A stretch of DNA of 64,000 nucleotides, taken from assembly GCA_950097015.1 (NCBI GenBank), contig CATNEN010000033.1:4340001-4404000 (forward strand), read 5' to 3'. Numbering within the stretch: position 1 is the first letter of the stretch; every line of letters begins with the position of its first letter. Below, one piece after another: positions 56,925 to 64,000 of this stretch. The translations under genes were made by a program, and so were the position numbers. Source of the stretch: Macrostomum hystrix (taxonomy: Eukaryota > Animalia > Platyhelminthes). The notes beneath the pieces were generated by a model that saw only the letters and a list, made by a program, of their open reading frames with translations, ran no database searches and was not told the origin of the DNA.

Positions 56925-57552
56925 ATGGGTCAGCTTATCATTAATATTTATTTTCAACCCTGCTTTTCAAATGGGTCAGCTTATCAGATGGGTCAGCTTA
57001 TCAGATGGGTCAGCTTATCAAACGGGTCAGCTAATCTAATGGGTCAGCTAAATGGGTCAGCTTTCAAATGGGTCAGCTTATCAAACGGGTCAGCTAATCT
57101 AATGGGTCAGCTAAATGGGTCAGCTTATCAGATGGGTCAGCTTATCAGATGGGTCAGCTTATCAGATGGGTCAGCTTATCAGATGGGTCAGCTTATCAGA
57201 TGGGTCAGCTTATCAGATGGGTCAGCTTATCAGATGGGTCAGCTTATCAGATGGGTCAGCTTATCAGATGGGTCAGCTTATCAGATGGGTCAGCTTATCA
57301 GATGGGTCAGCTTATCAGATGGGTCAGCTTATCAGATGGGTCAGCTTATCAGATGGGTCAGCTTATCAGATGGGTCAGCTTATCAGATGGGTCAGCTTAT
57401 CAGATGGGTCAGCTTATCAGATGGGTCAGCTTATCAGATGGGTCAGCTTATCAGATGGGTCAGCTTATCAGATGGGTCAGCTTATCAGATGGGTCAGCTT
57501 ATCAGATGGGTCAGCTTATCAGATGGGTCAGCTTATCAGATTGGTCAGCTAA
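56925..57552. repeat. 17-bp tandem repeat
   Basis: (ATGGGTCAGCTTATCAG)n, starting just 3' of the DUSP stop. Confidence 0.95.
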
Positions 57553-57557
57553 ATGAG

Positions 57558-58272
57558 TCAAATAGGACAATCAGGCAAGTCGCCCTGCTGTTTCTCCAAC
57601 CCGGCCAGTCGGTTTCTCTCCAGCTCGGCCAGTTGAGGCTCGAAGTTGCTCAGATTGACGTGTCGCCGGGATCGAGCGAGCAGCGCCCAGGCGTCGGCAA
57701 GGCTCATGCCGCGGGCCGTCAGGAGGTAGGCGACGGCAAACGAGGGCGCCCTGGAGATGCCGGCGTGGCAGTGGAGCAGCACCCGTCTGCCACAGCCGAC
57801 GTGACTGTCAACAAATTCGCGAAGCTCCGGGAGGCGGGACGCCAGATCGACAGCCGGCGAGTCTTCAACGGCCAGGCGGAGGTAGGCGAACTTATCTGCG
57901 AAGTAATTCGGCACGTCGGGCGTCAGGTTGACAATGGCCTGAATGGCGTGCGCCTGGAGGCAGGCCAGATCCTTTGCCACATAGCGAGAGCCTGTCAATC
58001 ATTTAAAAAGGATTTGATTAGTGGCTGAGCGCAGAATTAAAATCAGAGAAAGAGAGAGAGAGCCAAGACTCAGGCAGCTCACCGATGCACAGCAGGGCGG
58101 TCACGCGACTGACCTCCAGGTCATTAGTGACCGGGACCAGGCCGTGTTCCCTGATCACCTCAGCCAGCTTTCTTCTCTCTTCACTTTCGTCCCAGTTGAT
58201 GACGTCATCAGTGGTGACGTCATCAGAGGTAACGTCATCAGTGGTCACGTGGTTGGTGATTGCGTCATCGGC
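57558..58272 (-). CDS. Atypical dual-specificity protein phosphatase (DSPc); no in-frame ATG in its two exons
   Basis: Exons 58272-58083 and 57991-57558 join in phase 1 to give VSRVTALLCIG|SRYVAKDL...VEDS...VLLHCHAGISRAPSFAVAYLL, with an intact HCx5R P-loop and general-acid Asp. Confidence 0.85.
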
Positions 58273-58344
58273 CTGAAAATTATTTTTTTAAGCCAGGAAG
58301 CGATTGGTCATGAACAACCGATGTATAAGGAGAACTGAATTCCA

Positions 58345-58605
58345 AGAATGTTGCAGCGCAGTTGTTAGAGCTTCGGACTCCTAATCAACAGGTCGGTGGT
58401 TCGAACTTCATCAACCAAAACAATAGATTCCACATTGTTTTAGTTGATGCGGCTGAAAAATGGGAACCAGCGGGGAGTACTAGCGGGAGGAGAAATAAGG
58501 GTGGGTATGAAAGTTGCCTCACAGTCCACGGACTGAACAGTTGTACCCGGCCATTTGAAGCATTGTGCAATAGCTGCTAGGTTAGGTGTTATTCTATCTA
58601 TCTAT
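58345..58605 (+). mobile_element. tRNA-derived CORE-like SINE (family 2)
   Basis: tRNA-like head (GTTAGAGCTTCGGACTCCTAAT...GGTTCGAAC), body CAGTCCACGGACTGAACAG...GCAATAGCTGC matching the 5395-5665 copy, and a (TCTA)n tail. Confidence 0.6.
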
Positions 58606-59020
58606 GCAGAAGCAAAACTTTTGGCTAACATTTTAGCCAAAATGACAATTGAGAAGCACTACTCATAGTAGATAGCACGTAAAATTGTTTTTTATAAGAC
58701 AAAGGCAGAAAGATTTATTCTTTTACATTTTTATACGAAATCATCTATAAATTAGCAGGTAGCTATTGGTTTACAATATCATGTCAAAACAAGATACATT
58801 GAGCACCAACAAAACGAACGATATAAAAAATAATCTATTTGTAAAATTTCCAGTTAAGGGCTTCCTTATCAGATAATACAAAGCTAGAAAAGCAAATTCA
58901 CACTGTGTTGCGCAAATTAGTCAACGCATTAAATAACGATGAAAGAACAGAGGCATTTGGGATATTTTTTTCTATCGATGCATAGCCCAGCGCAATCATG
59001 GCAATGTGTGTCGAATTGAA

Positions 59021-59200
59021 GAGGTCATCTGACCCCCTACCCCAATTTCTAACATATGGTCACATGACCACCTTAAGATCTAAGAGGGGCTCTAACAGGA
59101 CCCCTATCAGCAGGGGTCAATTGACCCCATATCGGTTTTATCGTAAAAACGTAAAAACAAACGTTGACAGTTACTAGTGTGAGAGGGGTCAGTTGACCAC
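59021..59200. mobile_element. MITE-like element with GGTCA-N2-TGACC palindromes
   Basis: The left end GAGGTCATCTGACCCC matches the reverse complement of the right end (GTGGTCAACTGACCCC). Internal GGTCACATGACC and GGGGTCAATTGACCCC are present. No TSD recognised. Confidence 0.45.
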
Positions 59201-59202
59201 CA

Positions 59203-62200
59203 TCAGTCGAGCCGGTTGTTCAGCAGGCCGTCAAGTGTCTGGCGCAGGCCGAGCCGTGCGGCCTCAGCAGACCGGTCCGAGCATCGCTCCTGCAGCTGCT
59301 CAGCTAGGAAGGCCAGCCGATGCGCCAGTCGGCTTCGCAACTCGTCGACGGCGGCGTCCGCGTTGCTGACGCCGTCGGCGTTGATACCCAGGAGCGGCCG
59401 TCGGAGCATTCGCTCCTTGATGAGCAGCTGGCAGGCCCGGCTATCGGCTGCCCAGTCCTCCGAGGTCGGCTCCAGCTCGGCCTCCAGGCTCTGGCAGAGG
59501 CGAATCAGCGGCGCCACGAATTGGGCCGCCTGCGGAAGTCGGCGCTGGCGGTGCAGCGTCTCGTAGGCCAGCTGGCTGGACTGCAGGTAGACGGCCTGGA
59601 TGGCGCGGAGTGGTTTCATCGGACAGGCTTAGTTTCGCATACCTGATCTCTAATAGCACTACTCCATCTTTTTTAATACTCGCCGTAAAGTTCTAACGCT
59701 TTTCTGCCCCCTCACCAGCCCCAACCCCACAGTTTTTGCCATTTAAAGACTGAACACCGTCCTCCGTTCCACTCCGCAATCTCGTCCCTCCACCAGCCGC
59801 GCTGATTGGCTGGAGCGCCGTCGCCCTGACTCCAGCTTTTCTGCCCTTCCCCCTAGCCCCACCCCACTGTTTTTTGCCGTCCCCCGTTCCACTCCGCTAT
59901 CTCGTCCCTCCACCAGCCGCGCTGATTCGCTGGAGCGCCGTCGCCCTGACTCCAGCTTTTCTGCCCTTCCCCCTAGCCCCACCCCACTGTTTTTTGCCGT
60001 CCCCCGTTCCACTCCGCTATCTCGTCCCGCACCAATGGAAGCAATGCGCACCTGAAGGGCGTCCCTGTCTGCCAGGCGGGTCAGCTGGGTCAGCGAGTCG
60101 GCTGGCAGTAGGCAGTCCAGGTCGGACCGCAGCCGGCGCACTCGGGCCCGCCAGTCAGCGTAGCCGGAAGCAAGCGAGCTCCGCATGGTTGCGTGGCAGC
60201 GCCTGGCGCTCTCTAGCGGGTGCTGGGCCAGGCCGTTGGCTGAGCGGACACCCTCCAGGTAAACGTGATAGTCGTCCAACAGAGCGGACAGGTCGCCCAA
60301 AGATTTGGCCAGTCGGCGGAGATTTGCGCTACTCAAATCGGCGCCCGATCGTCCTGGCTCCAGCAGCGGCGCGGACAGAGACATCACGACAGACCAGCGC
60401 GAGGTTAGCTCGGCCAGTAGCCGACGGTGGCCCTGGACAGTTTTTTAGCACAGAAGATTATCCAGTTCAGGTAAGATTATCCAGTTCAGGTAAGATTATC
60501 CAGTTCAGAGAAGATTATCCAGTTCAGGGAAGATTATCCAGTTCAAGGAAGATTATCCAGTTCAAGGAAGATTATCCAGCTCAAGGAAGATTATCCAGTT
60601 CAATGAAGATTATCCAGTTCAGGGAAGATTATCCAGTTCAATGAAGATTATCCAGTTCAGGGAAGATTATCCAGTTCAAGGAAGATTATCCAGTTCAGGG
60701 AAGATTATCGAGCTCAAGGAAGATTATCCAGTTCAATGAAGATTATCCAGTTCAGGGAAGATTATCCAGTTCAGGGAAGATTATCCAGTTCAGGTAAGAT
60801 TATCCAGTTCAAGGAAGATTATCCAGTTCAAGGAAGATTATCCAGTTCAGGGAAGATTGTCCAGTTCAGGTAAGATTATCCAGTTCAAGGAAGATTATCC
60901 AGTTCAGGGAAGATTATCCAGTTCAGGGAAGATTATCCAGTTCAATGAAGATTATCCAGTTCAGGGAAGATTATCCAGTTCAAGGAAGATTATCCAGTTC
61001 AGGGAAGATTATCCAGTTCAGGTAAGATTATCCAGTTCAGGGAAGATTATCCAGTTCAAGGAAGATTATCCAGCTCAGGGAAGATTATCCAGTTCAAGGA
61101 GGATATCCAGTTCAGGGAAGATTGTCCAGTTTAGGGAAGATTATCCAGCAACTGAATCGCACCTTGTACAGTTCCACCAACTCGGCTGACGGGTCGGCCT
61201 CCTCGGCAGCGGCCCGCCTGCCGAGCTCAGTCAGGCCGTCGCGGCAGCGCCCACAGATGCGCAGCTGGCGCGAACGGCGCGGCTCAGTCTCCGGGCAACC
61301 CGGCAGGCCAATTAGAGCCCACTGCGCCGCTGCCAGCTGGTCTCCGCCGTCGCCAGGTGCGCCTGCAGATTTTTTAGATTGTTTAGGTTAATGATTTTTC
61401 TACTTTGAGAATTGTTGAACTTCCCAATACTAATGACGTATCTAATAATAATAACATAATATTTGCACCATGGCTGTTGACTCATCATTTGATCCGCACT
61501 AGATCCGCAGCCAGCGAAAATGCAATTCTGTCCATTTCGCTGACTCCTGAGCACACAGGCGCACAGATACCGAACGCAGGCACACGCTCACACAGGTGTG
61601 CGTGTGCCTGCGTCTGACCTGACTTTCTCATCGCCAGGCAGTGTACACTCTCACTGTGCCTTGGAGGTTGACTTCCCAAGGGCAAAAAATTGCGCGTCAA
61701 GCCCCCAAGCCTTCTCTCCGCGGCTGCGTCCAAATAAATGTGGCATCCCCGCGGAATCGAGCTCAAGGACCTTGGCGCGAGAGGCAAATGCGTTAACCGC
61801 TCTGCCACCCCCTACTGACCAATCTAATGAACTTCCCAAGTTTAATGAGCAATCTAAAGTACACCAGGCGACAGAGCAGGCAACCTTCGCAATATTCGTC
61901 CGGGTAGAACAGCAGCAGGTCCCGTTGAGAACAGGCGTCGCAGACACGCCGGCCGCAGACCCGACAGCAGCCTGCCGGAGGGCGCTTCAGTCGGAACGTC
62001 GGCGGCGCCAGGCAGACGGCGCAGCCCAGGCCGCGGTCCTGCTGGGCTCGAGCAACTTGCTCAGCGCTCAGCGTCCACCAGTCGTCGCCCGAGGCCAGCC
62101 GGCGCAGCAGAGAGCGCTGCTGCCATTCAACGAAGCCGATGCGCAGCCGGCAGAGCTGCTCCTCCAGGATTGGCTCGGCATCCAGCGACTCTTGACGTCG

Positions 62201-62269
62201 GCAGCGCGAGGCCCGGTGCTGGGAGCGAGCAGCGAGGAACTCTGGTGTCAGAGAACGACAGCTGCACAT
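59203..62269 (-). CDS. Rabenosyn-like protein with split, atypical FYVE-type zinc finger and long helical C-terminus, 4 exons
   Basis: Exons 62269-61885, 61362-61163, 60432-60033, 59627-59203 join in frame. The Cys pairs are CAVC, CRVC, CDAC and, after an insert, ICGRC followed by ELVELYK, the layout recalled for rabenosyn-5. The exon 3 donor and the gene 3' end are less certain. Confidence 0.7.
59700..60030. repeat. 120-bp tandem duplication, ~2.7 copies
   Basis: CGTTCCACTCCGC recurs at 59765, 59885 and 60005. Confidence 0.85.
60452..61148. repeat. 20-bp tandem repeat, ~35 copies
   Basis: AAGATTATCCAGTTCAGGGA. Confidence 0.95.
61440..61812 (-). mobile_element. tRNA-derived SINE (family 1), near full length
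   Basis: The minus strand has A-box TGGCAGAGCGG, B-box-like GAGCTCGATTCC, body AAGGCTTGGGGGCTTGACGCGCAATT...CAAGGCACAGTGAGAGTGTACACTGCC...CTCAGGAGTCAGCG and a (TTA)n tail. Five more copies occur in the window. Confidence 0.8.
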
Positions 62270-64000
62270 GTTGCCAGCTAAGGAGATGAAAAATGGCATG
62301 TTTAATGTAGTCTGTGTAACACATTCCTGACACCAAACAGCAATGCAATTCCTCAATGGAAAGAAATATTCTTTAGTTTCTCTTGTTTAAATACTGTTTC
62401 TAATTAGCAAAATAACTATAAACTTCTTTCTTTGAGGCACAAATCTTACTAGTGGAAATCTAGAAGAATCTTAGAAATCTGGTAGAGGTGGATATAGGCC
62501 CTAGAAACACCTTTCTAGGGCCTATATCTGTTTAATTAAATTCTATAAATACAAAAACTCTTGACAGTTTATTTTGGTTTAAAGCAAATGTGAGAATATC
62601 ATGGTACACTGTATTGCTTTCAAAAAGTAGCAATGTGGGAAAAACTACCAGATTTTTTATTAATACTAAACACTTTTAACTGGTTGCTAGCTAATCACAA
62701 GTTTTCAAAAGACACCTAAAAATACTATACTGAAAATCATGACTTGGCACTAACACCTAGAAGGCTGTGTAGGCCTACACTAATATGAGTTTCAGTGTTT
62801 CATATTAAACATAAGCTTTAGTCTGAAAGCATTTACTTATTGCAGAAAGTTTTCTAAAATTTAGGTAGTGAAAGCAAAAGCAGCTCCTTGTCTTTCATAA
62901 ATGAATGGGTCTACATTGGAATATTGAATAAAAGCAATTATTCCCGATTTATATGCATTCTTAATTATATATATATTCATAATTAGATAAATAAAAACAT
63001 GAAAAAGCAACAAAAATATGCAAATAGTGACAGGCGAAAATCTGGCGAAAAAAATACGCTTTTTGTTCGATTATCATGATCTTGGTTATTGCTGCCAAGT
63101 GCCAACACTGATGAGTCCACATTTTGCAATAGTTGGATAACCGATTCTAAGAAATACTCTTTTTTGAATCTCGACTCGAGCTACTTCAGGAAAATTAGGA
63201 AATATCATTGTACATGTTAAACCCAAGGACCTTTGTCCATTGTTAAACCTTTTCGCACAATTTGTCTAAACGTATACAGACAAGTAAAATTATTTATATA
63301 CAAATATAAAAATTAGAAAAAAACTTACTTATCAACACAAAAAGTAGCCTTTTGTACGCTTCAATACATGAAACTGTTACAAGGCACCACAAAACACCGG
63401 TAAAACTACAGTCAAATAACAAATCATGTGCAGTTGTTGTATACAAACATATATTAGACACTTATTATTGTTGTTTATTGCAGCAGCAATATAATTTGTC
63501 GAATAATTTTTACATATATACAAATTATCACAACATTATGCCTTTAGCTAATTATACATCTTGCTGCACATTTTCAACACAGCATTTTCAGTGACATTAA
63601 TTGAAATCGTATTTTCTTGCGTATTTAATACAAATATTCCTTATTCACTAATTCTACATAGAAGGCTTTCAGTTCTTTCAAATTTTTAAGACAAAATGTT
63701 ACTTTTTGTTGGTAGCTTAATATTCATATACTTGTATTTACTTGTATTTACATTCCTAGTTAATGCTTATAAAGTAGAAATAGCATATTCCTAATTATTT
63801 TTTCATAGGGGCTATATTTTCTAGTACTTTCTTGAGTGGAAAGTACCATTAAGCCATCATAAGCGTCTAACGAGGCTAAAGCATAATTATGTTTCTAGAT
63901 TTACGATTTTTCGCAGTTGCAGTCTTAATATTTTTTTTAACAATTTGTGTTTTTTGTAAACTCAAAATGTGTCTCAAAACAGAACTAACGGAAATACCTA

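Noticed and set aside
55548-57556. Repeat ORFs over the 43-bp and 17-bp arrays, including the long N-terminal part of ORF 55042-56133
   Set aside because: Tandem-repeat translations. Only 55042-55451 is treated as exon.
58345-58410. Possible tRNA gene (also 61740-61812)
   Set aside because: A/B-box-like heads run into SINE bodies shared with other copies, and I could not fold a complete cloverleaf.

Overview
This is eukaryotic (animal) genomic DNA. It has GC-rich, Ala-rich exons, AT-rich spacers, and introns filled with private minisatellites and tRNA-derived SINEs. The style strongly resembles the free-living flatworm Macrostomum (inference from composition only). By hand-splicing I reconstruct ten protein-coding loci: a partial TSP1-domain membrane protein (+), an ANO10-like anoctamin (+), a COLGALT/GT25 collagen galactosyltransferase (+), an 8-exon GluR0/AvGluR1-type ligand-gated channel with a TVGYG K+ filter (+), CaMKIV (-), ANKDD1-like (+), a Cys-loop nAChR-like subunit with an anion-type Pro-Ala motif (-), a small 2-TM protein (-), a dual-specificity phosphatase lacking its own ATG (-) and a rabenosyn-like atypical FYVE protein (-). 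Four signals stand out. (1) The K+-filter glutamate-receptor-like channel, whose signature is split by an intron and so is invisible in the ORF track. (2) A FYVE/DUSP pair that is either an SL-trans-spliced dicistron or a transposon-broken fusion. (3) Inverted pairs of related minisatellites placed next to splice sites in two genes. (4) The predicted anion-selective acetylcholine-receptor subunit. Most long ORFs in the supplied track are tandem-repeat artefacts. No CRISPR array, rRNA or intact tRNA gene is supported.
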